From contig CM097885.1 in assembly GCA_044892525.1 (NCBI GenBank), forward strand, positions 2,172,001-2,236,000: a stretch of 64,000 nt of DNA, in the 5' to 3' direction. The notes beneath the pieces were generated by a model, which saw nothing but the letters and a program-made list of their open reading frames with translations, was not told the DNA's origin and searched no databases. Origin of the DNA: Schmidtea polychroa. Taxonomy: Eukaryota. A program made the translations under genes and the position numbers. Shown piece by piece: positions 1-41,149 of this stretch. Numbering within the stretch: the first letter of the stretch is position 1; each line of letters begins with the position of its first letter.

Positions 1-160
1 TTATTATTATAAACTCTTCTCGCAAACATTCGGTTAAAGGGTCACAATAAATATTTACACTTTTAATGAGCATGACCAAATGTGGCTTGCACTGATTCCT
101 GTCCCTGGCTTTTGTACACACCGCTAAAAGCAGCTCATGATTTTGCAACAAAACATTCAC

Positions 161-202
161 CATATAAGATTTATATAGATTTCGATAAGGCCGTCTAACA
201 GT
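161..202 (-). ncRNA. Planarian-type spliced-leader (SL) exon followed by GT; SL RNA gene, pseudogene or 5' end of a trans-spliced retrocopy
   Basis: Minus strand reads ACTGTTAGACGGCCTTATCGAAATCTATATAAATCTTATATG|GT. This is 42 nt ending in the flatworm-typical ATG and differs at 3 positions from the Schmidtea mediterranea SL as I recall it. No clear Sm site downstream. Confidence 0.8.
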
Positions 203-376
203 TCACTAGAACAAATAAATATATGGATAAACTAATAATCGGGCTTATATATAATGATTCTTTTTAGGCCCCCCCCCCCTGAAAAGAAGTAACACCGAGG
301 AAAGTGATACATTCTAATCTTCATTATTATTAGTATGCCAAGTCCATAAGGTGAAAGGATTAATTTATATTTACAG

Positions 377-1382
377 AGAAATGGCTGACAGCAAATTATA
401 TCCACGATTTGAAGCAGCAAATAGAAATGAATTTCTTTGAGAAAACAATAGAATTGAACGACCTGAAGTATAAACGCAAGGAAGACTGCCAATTACTAGA
501 GTCCATTGACGTGCCGAGTATTGACGTAAGGTCTGTCGGGAGTTCTCCAAATGCAAGACATGAAAGGGATTTATCAAATAATGTCTATATTACCAAATAT
601 TTGAACAACCTGAGAACTTTATCCAAAGGAAAACTGGAAAATGTTCTCATAGGAAGAAATGAATACGAATTTCCCGTGACTTCTCTCAAGGATAAGTCCA
701 GTAATAACTGTTGTATTTCGTTTCCCCCATCAGATTGTTCCAGTTTTAGGAATTGTTATCCAGAATTTCAATGAGAATCTTTTGAATTGGAGCATCGTCC
801 ATATAAACCCACAAGACTCGATGGCGATCATCGGGGAGAGCAAAGGCACAATATCAGATTTCCAAGTAATCCCGATCCAGTTCCAACCGCAACTTATTGG
901 GAAAATATCCTGTGAATTCATAGTGAGAGTCTGGAATTCCGAAGACGATTCGTATAAAGAAAAGCTAATCAAAATAAAAGGAATTTGTATAAATGTAAAT
1001 GTATTTTGCTATTGGATAAAATATCTAATTTATTATTTAGACAAGCGCAACTCAGCTCTCAGTCCCCTGTGTCCCTTCTAGAATTCCAGGATTCAAAGCG
1101 GATCGGGAAATTATATTCGAAATCCAGAAAATGAAGTCTCCAAGAAAGATTTCCAAATCCATCAAAATATCCAATGACAAAAAGAATTTCATGCAGATAT
1201 TTACCTGGACTCAGCTACCGTTCCAGATAAAGAGGTATTTACAGCTCGAGGTACACAAACAATCTGTAAATGTCGTCCTTAATGTGAAAAATCTGACAAA
1301 AGATTTTTCGAGTCATAAGTTAATTTTTTTCGATATTGAAGGAAACGCATCAGTCACGAAATTATTTGTCCGGGAAACTTAG
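377..1382 (+). CDS. 3' exons of a gene with tandem ASH/PapD-like Ig-fold domains, possibly CEP192/Spd-2-like; 5' part outside window
   Basis: Exons ~377-700, ~745-995 and 1041-1382 are joined by short GT-AG introns. Peptides YEFPVTSLKDKS..IVIQNFNENLLNWSI..IPIQFQPQLIGKISCEFIVRV and ..KSIKISND..TQLPFQIK.. resemble ASH domains. The family assignment is tentative. Confidence 0.45.
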
Positions 1383-3342
1383 CAAGGGGTCGAGGATATG
1401 GAGATTTTCTTTTGACGAGATTATTTAATAGATTTTATTCATTATCGCTTATTTATCGTTCTGATGGTCATTTTGTGGAGAGGGGAGAAAGGGATACTTT
1501 TATATCTTTTATGATTGGTAATTACAGGCTTACCGGAGGAGGGCAAACGGATGAAAGCAATAAAGGTAAGCAAATGAAAGGTCAATGTCAATGCATTTGC
1601 TGAATGGGCACGTTTCAACTAAAAATTTAAATAATAAAATACAATTCAATAAAAAAAATTCATTCAATAAAAATCCTTCGTTGCTATGTTTCGGTCACCA
1701 GCTTTTCTCTTCTTCCCCTTCCTCAGTCTAAGCGCCTGATCTACAAAATAACAATTTTAAGTAAAAAATATCTTAAATCATCAGCCCATCACAAGCTACT
1801 ATATTGTGTTTTAAATAAAATTATGTTTAAATTACCATTCCGACAACGGTTACACGATTGAATTCGTAAAACACAATTTTCGATGATTTCAAATAACCTC
1901 ACAAAAACTTATCCAAAAGAGTTCAACCAAAACTCCTTGTATGCCATTTAACCATTGAATCTCTTCAACAAACTTGACTTGACCCAACAAGAAACCTATA
2001 GGAATCTGAACAACCAATAAGCGACGACGTTATGAAAGCTTGGCCAGCGCAGTTTAGTTATCCCTGTGATAATGGGATGGAATTATATTGTTGAAATCAT
2101 TTGAAAAGACATGACCCAATAGTGCTACCATGCCAAAACAGTGTGACATTGTTGTGATGGAAATGCATCATGTAGTTCATTTCTACACAAAAAACCAAAA
2201 TTTGGCTTATTTTCACAAAACATGAGCATCCTCACAAAAGAGCGATTATTTATCAAACATTATATATTATCTATACTATATATTATCTATAGGCCAAAAA
2301 CAAATGAAAATAAGGAATTATTATAGACAACAATTTGAGCCATTATTTGTACTATTAAATCAAGAGATTGATTACAGATTATCAATATGTGTTATTCGAG
2401 TTAATTGATTGCAAGTGATTCATTGATTAGTTTTGTATTTTTTACCGAGTTTAAATATTTTATCAAATAAGCTTGTTTGTTTCTCTCTGCATGTCAAAAT
2501 TTTAATTATTGAATATGCATTACAATTTTTTTCATACTTTTGTTTCATCTTATGTATTTGAATACACTCAGAAATAAGAATTACTGTCTTAAAACCTTTG
2601 GAGTTTAGGAGTTTGTGGATGTCAAAGTACTTGTGAGAATTTATGTGAAACTAGTGTGAGATTGTATAATGTTTCTTTTATATTTCTTTTGAGCTCATTT
2701 TATTTCTTTGATAATTATGTTTTATGGAGTGCTAGGTTGAATGAGCAGTTTATACCAATCTGTTTAGGTTCAGAGAAAACCTTTCATTATATACCTAAAT
2801 CAAAAGACCTCCACAGATGCTACAGTTTTATGATAACCTTTAATCAAGTCTTATTGGTTTTACTCAAGAAATATCAATGATTCCAGAGGAGCACAAAGCA
2901 ATATTACTCAAAAAGGAGAACAATAAAAAATTTAGTAGACATGTTGAACTACTGGAGTGTAAATAAATATTAAGAATGGAAAAGAATCTTGTCAAAAAAT
3001 GTACAACGTTATTGAGGTATCTGAGTCGATGCGAAAGTGAGGCTGTATGAAGCTGAATGAAAATTAGCATATTATTCGAATTTCAATGCAAAGAAAAGTG
3101 TTGGATGATGAGGGTAGGGCATAGCCCCCACATCCTAAAGTGGACCCCCAGGCCAGGATTTTCGGCGGGTCCCAAATTATATACCTCTTGTTGCTCTATA
3201 GGAATTAGGATAAAATAGGGTGGATTAAATGATGGAAAGAAAGTAACATTAAAAATTTATTAAAAATAAACTACAGTTTTTAGCTTTACATTTAAAAAAA
3301 CATAGATTGTGGTAAAATCTTACAATAATATCAAAAATTATC

Positions 3343-4522
3343 TCAAAGTAGACTATATTTTCTAGCTTTTGTCAATGCAAATTTTTCAATGACATCATTA
3401 AAATCAACTTTCTTTGCTAAATCATTTTCGATACTTAAAATTGCTAGATAATTGAGTCGATCTTGACTAGTTTTGCTTCTTTGCCATGTTTTTAATGAAT
3501 TTGCCAGCCTGCTGAATGACCTTTCAACTGAAGAAACCGTAACTGTACGGTACAAAACAGGTTAATGACGAGGCACATATTAGCAAATACACCTTGCAGT
3601 TTTTTGTTATAAATTGCATTCAGAAGTTTAATCGGAAAGCTGTTTTGTGAATACTTTTAAGATGAAGGATTTCGTGCAGTAAATCTTCTGACAGATCTGT
3701 CTCATGTTTTTACAAGCTTTGATACTTTTGCGGTAAGTTGACTATCGCCTAAGTTCTGGAAGTTCAAAATGGGTGAGAATAATTCCCATATGGTTTCTGC
3801 TGCTTCAAATCTTGTCTTTAAATCATTGATAATATAATCCAATACTGGGTAAACCACGGAAATTCTGAAACCTTGTTCAGGTTCTACAGCGGTTTTTCTG
3901 TTTTCGCCAAATTGGGGTTCCACCACCACTGCTTCAGCAACTATTTTTGTCTTTTGAAAAGAGCTTTCACTCGTGTCACGGAAGTGCTGCATATCTTGCA
4001 CCAAGTCTATTATAAGTGCGGTCTCAACATCCAATGATATTCTTTCACTTTGTATGACAATGTTCTTGTTGTCAATACTTGCTAATATTTTGTGCCAAAA
4101 CACTGTCAGACCTTTATAAGATCCGAAATATTTTTTCAGACCTTTTGTTGTGTTCAGTGCTGCATGAGTTAAAAATGTACCCATTTCTCCAAAAAGGATA
4201 TTTAACACAGCAAGTACGCTCCTGAATCAATAATTAGACAAACTACCAATATAATAGACGTCTATCACTTCCATCTGATAACTGAAATACCAGATCGCTT
4301 AGGACCGACTAACCCATGTTCAAATACTGTTCACATGGAACCGTTGCTTCTCCTTCGAATGGTTTTTGAACTTGTGAATCCATTCGATAATGATTTTCTG
4401 CTTGGACTTCAATGTCATATATATCATCATCACAACTGTTTTAGTTTAAGATCTGTTTTAGTTTCAGTTTTTAGTTTCCTCTTCTGAGCGCCAGATTTGT
4501 GTTTATAAATTAAATCAGACAT
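3343..4522 (-). mobile_element. Degenerate hAT (ZMYM1/hATm-like) transposase; element probably ~3100-5255
   Basis: N-terminus MSDLIYKHKSGAQKRK (ATG 4522), central YPVLDYIINDLKTRF, and hAT dimerisation domain VTVSSVERSFSRL..RLNYLAILSIE..IEKFA..KARK. Broken by deletions and frameshifts; GC-rich degenerate ends. Confidence 0.85.
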
Positions 4523-7500
4523 AATCGTTTAATTGCCTAAAAAATACACAAATTTTACAATAGTAGCTAATCAAAATTATCAACCAACCAGCAGGGCAGT
4601 CACTGCAAGAATGAAGACTTTTGCTTAGAAGTAAGCCCTTTTATACAGCGTGTTTTCGGCGAAATAAAATAGGACGGTATAATTTTCTTTGTCAGCAAGC
4701 AAGTGGTCAAATTTTAAAAACAAACAAACATTAAAAATCACTAGCTGGTAGCATTGGAATAGGCTTCTCTATAAATAAAAAAAACATTTTTGTACAAATA
4801 AAAGATAAGTATAACTTCTTTACCTGCATCATCATGTTGATGCATCATGCATGTTCTGACGAAGTTCAAAGACACCTCCAGCCCGGAACTAGCTTGCTGT
4901 CGCATGCAGCGTTTTTAATTGTATTTGCAAATTTGAGCTTTAAATCAAAATACGATTGAAATTTTTTTTAATTTATCAATACAGACATATATAAATGGTG
5001 ATAAATCACCAACACGATGATGAGAGGATTAGCGGAATAGTATCATGTGCCTATAGCAAAATGCAGTAATTAATTTTAGTTGATATGTACAAAACAAAAG
5101 TCAATATTTAATAAGTTTCTTTCTGTCTTATGTTCATCTCATTTAGCTAACCGACCTGCCACGACAGGCCCCATTAATCCCGGCCCCTAGGGCTAGAGTC
5201 TTGTCAGCCTCCCCATGTGGGGGCCATGGGGTAGGCCTATCACCACATTCATCCTCAATAAATATTACAAGACGGGGCCTAGGAATAACCGAATTAATGT
5301 ATGCGTTGAAGATAGGCAATAGATTGAATTATTCCGAAACATCTATTCAAAACAATCCATACAATATTCAATGGAGTAAAATATTTTTTACGGATGTCTA
5401 ACATGAAAATAATATAAACATTACAAGCTTTGTGATACCCAGTGCAAATCCCAATAGTGGAGCTTTTGGCTCTCATCAGTACTATGCAGGAGACACGAAG
5501 ATTTCTCTTCGCACCAGGTAAGTATAAAATATTTCTAATTCAACTCTATTATATACTTTACCTGGTACACTGGAAATCACTTGCAAATTAGCTAAATCAC
5601 AGCTATTCAATCAGAAGCAATCGAATATATCCTGCATATATCTAACTAACAATTAACTATCATTTGTGATTATCCTTTGTTTTATCATTATCAACTATTT
5701 ATTTTGATTATTGGTGTATGTTTTAATTATTTTTATCTTATGTATAATAATAGAATTTTGTATATATTACGGATTGTGTGTTTGTTTTATTTAATATACA
5801 GATTGGGATATATCTTTCCTTGTACATATCTAATATTTTACAAAAGGGTAAATTAAATTATTAATCATTAGTTTTATAAGTAGAAATAAATAATATTATA
5901 AAATAATAAAGTTAAATAAATACTAATTAGAAATATAAAGCAATTATAAGTTTCGTCGTTGAAAGAAAAAAAAACATAGTGCACGCGATTCTTTCATTAT
6001 TAAATTTCATTATTAAAATAAATAATATTATTATTGAGTGCGCGATTTTTGTAATAAATAATAGTAGTATTCCATGCATATAGGCCGGAAATAAATTAAT
6101 TTTTTATTAAAATTTATATAAAAAAATTAATATAAATACCCCAGTAAAATTCAGTTCAATAACCCAAAAATTAGCGTTTTAACACGCTATTCGAAGATAA
6201 ATCCTGAGAATAACATAAAACCAGAATCAGACAAAAACGATGCACAAGTAACTAAACATACTAAGACACAGCACGCACTACACAACATGAAACAAAAAAG
6301 AAGTAATTGAACTAAATCAAAGAAGCGATTGATTAAAGGAACCCAGCTGATTGTTAATTTTTAGAAACTAATATTCTTTTTATTTACTTAAGAACCAGTA
6401 AAGTTGAGCATCTCAAATATTGAGACTTCAAGAAAAGCAACATGCAATACTAATGAACCCCATATTAGGTAAAGAGCCAAACCACGGACAATTTTAAAAC
6501 GACTCTGGAACTCTCAGTTATTTGAGAAAAACGTTTTTCACATCCAAGTGTACACTGCAGTTAAACCGAAAAGTCTTGCCGCCAAAACTAAAAACCAATA
6601 AATTGAAAAAAAGAAAAGATTATGTTTATGAAGTAGAAGGATAAAAAGGATATATGCTTATTAATAACTATCCATAACACCGAAATTATCATCACGCATG
6701 AAATATATATAAACGTGAATGAAATATTCAAGCGGAAACTATTTAATTACAACCACCCAATGAGAATAGAAGATCGTCAAGGCTAACATAATGAAATTAT
6801 ACGAAAGAGAAGAAGTTTTACAAAAAATATTTTTAAACCTTTTGGATATAGCACTATGGAATTATTTAGTAGTCTATTAAAGAAAGGAAGAGAAAATGAC
6901 AAATTTACAGTATCGAAAACCCTTTGTAGAGAAAGTAGTAATAAATTACCATTCGGATCAAAATTTACAAAAAGAGGTGCAATGTAACTTGTTTTGTAGA
7001 CTCTTTTCATAACTGTGTCATGTAAATATGATTGAAAGTATAAAATGCTATTGTTAAAAAATACAAAAGAAAACTATTTCATGGAAATACAGTTGTAATC
7101 AAGTGTGGAAGTGGTTAGCCAAAATTTTCGTTCTATTTGAAAATGATAAGGTAACGGAATATTGGTAACCAAAGCTAAATTATCAGTTTAACAGACAAAA
7201 TAGCTATTCAAGAATATTATAGTGCTTTATCAATATTAATTTTACAATTGTAATCTGTATTACGTTCTATTTTGACTGAGTATGATTTACTGTAAAATTT
7301 AAAATCGTTTTGTGACCGATGCTAGATAAAAGGATATTTGACAATGCGATTGAACAAAAAATAAATGCAGGCCGTATTTACATTCTTTATTAAAAGAGGC
7401 TCAAAGTACATTAGCTTTAGTATAAATATGTTTTTCGGTACGCTTTCCAAATTTTTATTGATTTGTAAAATGAAAAATACGTACACACTTACTAGAATTT

Positions 7501-7624
7501 ATTAAGAACCAGTACAAGCGTACCGGTGCGTACCGGCTGAATCCCATTATAGGCTATACTAATAACAATTTGAAACATTTCATTAACGTTTGATAAAAAC
7601 TAATTAATTATATATTGTTTAGAT

Positions 7625-7971
7625 CAGGGGTTCTCAACCCGTGTTCGGCGAAAATAATGACATTTTATCTTTAAATTTGCATTTAAGATACATATCATCA
7701 AAAACTTCAATTAATTTATTTATAAGCTGATTCAATAAGAAAGCCGTTACACAGATATATAAACATACAAATATAAATTTGTTTTTATTGGTTGTTATTG
7801 TTGCGCGTGGTATTTTCTTTGCTTATAAGAAGGCATTGTTTACGTTTACGACAGATATATAGTAATTTGTGATTGGTCACTCATTGTGGGCAAGTATTTT
7901 TTAGTCAGTGTTCCGCGTAAAAAAATCATGTGAATGGTGTTCCGCGCCTTTATATTAATTGAGAACCACTG
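7625..7971. mobile_element. hAT-family MITE
   Basis: TIRs CAGGGGTTCTCAA / TTGAGAACCACTG; 8-bp TSD GTTTAGAT / GCTTAGAT (7/8). Confidence 0.85.
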
Positions 7972-8177
7972 GCTTAGATACTTAGATCAATTTCTTTATA
8001 ACTTTTAAACATAACTTTTAAAGTAAACTAAAATAATAAAAAAAACCTCTAAAAATTTTATCAAATTTCAATAATAAATAAATTAATAATGTTAATTCTA
8101 TTTTGTGAAATTCATTTTTGTTTAAAAAATCCACAGCTTAACAACCGTTGGTGGTAATAATTTGAATTAGTCTAGCA

Positions 8178-36980
<28,803 letters not shown>

Positions 36981-37025
36981 CTTATCAATCATTTTCAATT
37001 CATTCTCATCATTTATATGTTTAAG

Positions 37026-39027
37026 CAGTTTAAATCATTTAGGAAGCACAAATAATAAAAAAATAAAACCCTTACTCAAGCAATCATAAAATGCATGCAC
37101 AAACAATATAGATACAGTCCACACATCCACAAACAATATAGATACAGTCCACACACCAACAAACAATATAGATACAGTCCAGGCATCAACAAACAATATA
37201 GATACAGTCCAGGCATCCACAAACAATATAGATACAGTCCACACACCAACAAACAATATAGATACAGTCCAGGCATCCACAAACAATATAGATACAGTCC
37301 ACACACCAACAAACAATATAGATACAGTCCAGGCATCAACAAACAATATAGATACAGTCCACACATCAACAAACAATATAGATACAGTCCAGGCATCCAC
37401 AAACAATATAGATACAGTCCAGGCATCCACAAACAATATAGATACAGTCCACACACCAATAAACAATATAGATACAGTCCAGGCATCAACAAACAATATA
37501 GATACAGTCCACACATCAACAAACAATATAGATACAGTCCAGGCATCCACAAACAATATAGATACAGTCCAGGCATCCACAAACAATATAGATACAGTCC
37601 ACACACCAACAAACAATATAGATACAGTCCAGGCATCAACAAACAATATAGATACAGTCCACACACCAACAAACAATATAGATACAGTCCAGGCATCAAC
37701 AAACAATATAGATACAGTCCACACACCAACAAACAATATAGATACAGTCCACACATCAACAAACAATATAGATACAGTCCACACATCAACAAACAATATA
37801 GATACAGTCCAGGCATCCACAAACAATATAGATACAGTCCAGGCATCCACAAACAATATAGATACAGTCCACACACCAACAAACAATATAGATACAGTCC
37901 ACACATCAACAAACAATATAGATACAGTCCACACACCAACAAACAATATAGATACAGTCCACACATCAACAAACAATATAGATACAGTCCAGGCATCCAC
38001 AAACAATATAGATACAGTCCACACACCAACAAACAATATAGATACAGTCCAGGCATCAACAAACAATATAGATACAGTCCAGGCATCCACAAACAATATA
38101 GATACAGTCCAGGCATCCACAAACAATATAGATACAGTCCACACACCAACAAACAATATAGATACAGTCCACACATCAACAAACAATATAGATACAGTCC
38201 AGGCATCCACAAACAATATAGATACAGTCCACACACCAACAAACAATATAGATACAGTCCAGGCATCAACAAACAATATAGATACAGTCCAGGCATCCAC
38301 AAACAATATAGATACAGTCCAGGCATCCACAAACAATATAGATACAGTCCACACACCAACAAACAATATAGATACAGTCCACACATCAACAAACAATATA
38401 GATACAGTCCACACATCAACAAACAATATAGATACAGTCCACACATCAACAAACAATAAAAATCAATTATTCACTCCATTTTCTGAATTTCATTTCATTA
38501 ATTTATTTCTCTATTTCATATCGGTTTAAATATTATTATTTTCATTTTTTATAATAGTAAGCAGCAGTAAGTTTTAAATTTACCGCGCAAATATTTTATC
38601 TGTAAACAAAGATTCGAGATCTCTGTTATGAATTACATCTAGAACCAGAACATTGGTATTAATATTCATGTGGGCTCTATATATTATTAGAATGAGTTTA
38701 TTTAAACAAAGATTCATATTTCGCGCAATAATATTAGCATATGAACAAATACATTCGACATCTCCATTGAAAACTATTAAGGAAAGTTTAAAGTCTCGTT
38801 AAAATGTCTCAAATTTTCGATGAACTGTCATAAATAAATAGGATGAAAATATTTCAAAGTCCATTCGGACATCACCGAATTTTTGAAAATTATCGATTGA
38901 TTTTACATTTTCTTAATTCCTGGAAGAACTTATAAACTTTTCGAGGATTTTATTTTTGAGTTTTCTTAGTTACATCAAGACGCAAATCTTTTATGAAGAA
39001 TGCCTCGACTAATTATGTCGCGTTCCC
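37026..39027 (-). mobile_element. Inverted second copy of the 30860-31840 element with an expanded array
   Basis: 38460-39027 is the near-identical reverse complement of 30860-31430; 37026-37100 mirrors 31768-31840. Confidence 0.9.
37101..38457 (+). repeat. 30-bp minisatellite, 45 units: AAACAATATAGATACAGTCC plus a variant 10-mer
   Basis: 10-mer variants ACACATCAAC, AGGCATCCAC, ACACACCAAC, AGGCATCAAC recur. Confidence 0.98.
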
Positions 39028-39142
39028 AAGATAACACCAAAATATTGATTGATTACACTTTATTAATTCCTAGGAGAACCAGGAAACCTTTCATTTATCA
39101 TAATAAATCATTTATTAAACAATCAAAAAATACATGTACAAA

Positions 39143-40295
39143 AGTAGTAAGATGTGTCACCTCCAGGACATGTCACCTCCAGGACACATATATATAAGTA
39201 GGTCAAGTTAAAATTAAGTAGATCAAGTTAAAATTATGTAGGTCACGACTATATAGGTATTAAAATATGTAGGTCAAGTTACTTTAAATATATGTTACCT
39301 CCAGGACACTATATAAATAAATAAGTCAAATTAAGTAGGTCACGACTATATAGTTTATAAAAAATATGTAGATCAAGTTATTTTTAACATGTATCCCTAT
39401 AATATATACATCATTCAAAAGATATTTGAGAGTAGAGTACAATGATCATACCTTCAAAGGTGTATGGTGAATCCCTAACCTTCAAAAGGTGCAAAACCCT
39501 CGAATTTTTTCAAACTCTATAATACATGTCATTCAAAAGGTAATTGAGATGTGAGTATGATGGTCATACAATCAAAGGTGTATGGTGAGTCCTTCACCTT
39601 CAAAGGGTCAAAAAATTTCGAATTTTTTCAAACTTTATAATATATATACATCATTCAAAAGGTATTTGAGAGTAGAGTGTGATGGTCAAACCTTCAAAGA
39701 TGTATGGTGAGTCCTTACCCTCAAGTGTCAAAAACTTTGATTTTTATTCAAACTGTAAATTGATCATTTCAACAAATCTTTCAATCCCCAAAATAAATTT
39801 CCCAACTCAAAAATTTCCCAAATTTTAAAAATTCCCAAAAACAATTTTCCCAACTCAAATTTTTTCAAAAATTAAAAAGTCCCAAAAATGAAATTCCCCA
39901 AATTTCCCAACTCAAAATTTTTCAAATTTTAAAAAGTTTTCAAAACTATTTTCCCAAATTTTCCAACTAAATAGTAAAAGAATGTTTTACAATTTTTTTT
40001 TTCCTCGAATACATCAAACCAAAAATTTAACAAGGTTCGTCACACAAATCTAATTTTGAAATCAAACAAATGAATTTAATAAAAATTAAAATCATCGACA
40101 TACACAACAGCCGTTCGCCCGCCCGCCCGCCGCCGCCCGCCCCGAAGGGGCTGGCGCGGTAGTTTGTAAATTTGGTTTAGTTTGAATATTATTTTGAGTA
40201 TTAATAACAAAGGTAAAGAAATAAATGTTTATTAAATGTATATAGTATGATACTCATTAATATACATTGAACATGCTTTACATTTGCGAACATTT
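39143..40295 (+). repeat. Left terminal inverted repeat (a further segment, 40855-40911, also matches the right end)
   Basis: Reverse complement of ~54144-55389; contains 16-bp ATGTCACCTCCAGGAC repeats, three ~120-bp subrepeats and a GC island. Confidence 0.95.
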
Positions 40296-40789
40296 GAATC
40301 ATGGCATTTAGAACATACAATTACATGTCCGCAAGGTAAAAACAAAACCGATACTTGATTTTCTTTACAAATGTAACAAGTTAAATACATTTTCCTACCA
40401 TCATTGAGTTTTTTCCTTAGCTTATTTTCAATCAATTCGGATTTCGATATCCATTCATAAATCAATCTACTACTATATTCTGGTTCCAGCCTTAAATCCA
40501 TACAATTCCAAAAGCATTCATTCAATGAATCATTATCTACTATTGCTTTGTCTAAATGCATCAAATAAATCGATAACTTCAAAATGCATTTATTGTAATT
40601 AAATCAATCAATCAAATATCCAATGGAGGAATGTTTGAAAATTTCTAAAATTTTTATGGTTTCCTTTTCAGTGAGAGTATCATAATTGTTCATAAAATCT
40701 TCAACGGTGCAGTTTAAAAACTTGAATGATCTCGTGGTCATCAGTAATTTCTTAATAAATTTATGAAAATACTTATATTCTGCACACAT
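40232..40789 (-). pseudogene. Polinton IAP-type C3HC4 RING protein (putative E3 ligase) with one in-frame TGA
   Basis: ORFs 40604-40789 and 40232-40582 share a frame (GYLID*FNYNKCILKL). C-terminal CYICKENQVSVLFLPCGHVIVCSKC..KCKACSMYINEYHTIYI. No BIR seen. Confidence 0.8.
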
Positions 40790-41149
40790 TTATAAAAGAT
40801 ACATTAAAACAACTCATTTATTAAACAAGAAAATAATTTAAAATCAATAATGGTAATTTTAAGGATTATCTTCGATAGATTTTATTGAATAATGGTTCAT
40901 TAAAAAGGTCTTGAAGAGCTCTATCCAATGGTTATATATTTGAAGATATAATGTTTGTGCACAATATAGTAAGTATTATTATTTTTATTATTATTTTTAT
41001 TAACAAACTACATTCTAATAAAATACTTTTACACATCAAATTATTAAAAAAAAAAAAAAAAAGAAAACCGATAATTATAAAACGAAAAAGAGACTTTACA
41101 ATAATTTCTATTTTACAAAAATTCAAACAAGTCCGATCACAGAATTAAA

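Noticed and set aside
1640..7050. Penelope/GIY-YIG retroelement remnants near 1.8-2.0 kb and 6.2-6.9 kb
   Set aside because: Only vague peptide resemblance with many stops; not supportable without a profile search.
37101..38457. CRISPR-like array (constant 20-mer plus variable 10-mer) and its 450-470 aa ORFs
   Set aside because: The variable parts are four or five recurring near-identical variants, not unique spacers. No cas genes, eukaryotic context, and open frames on both strands are an artefact of a stop-poor 30-bp unit.
40604..40606. TGA recoding (selenocysteine or alternative genetic code)
   Set aside because: TGA, TAA and TAG act as normal stops elsewhere and no SECIS is evident; a nonsense mutation or base error is simpler.
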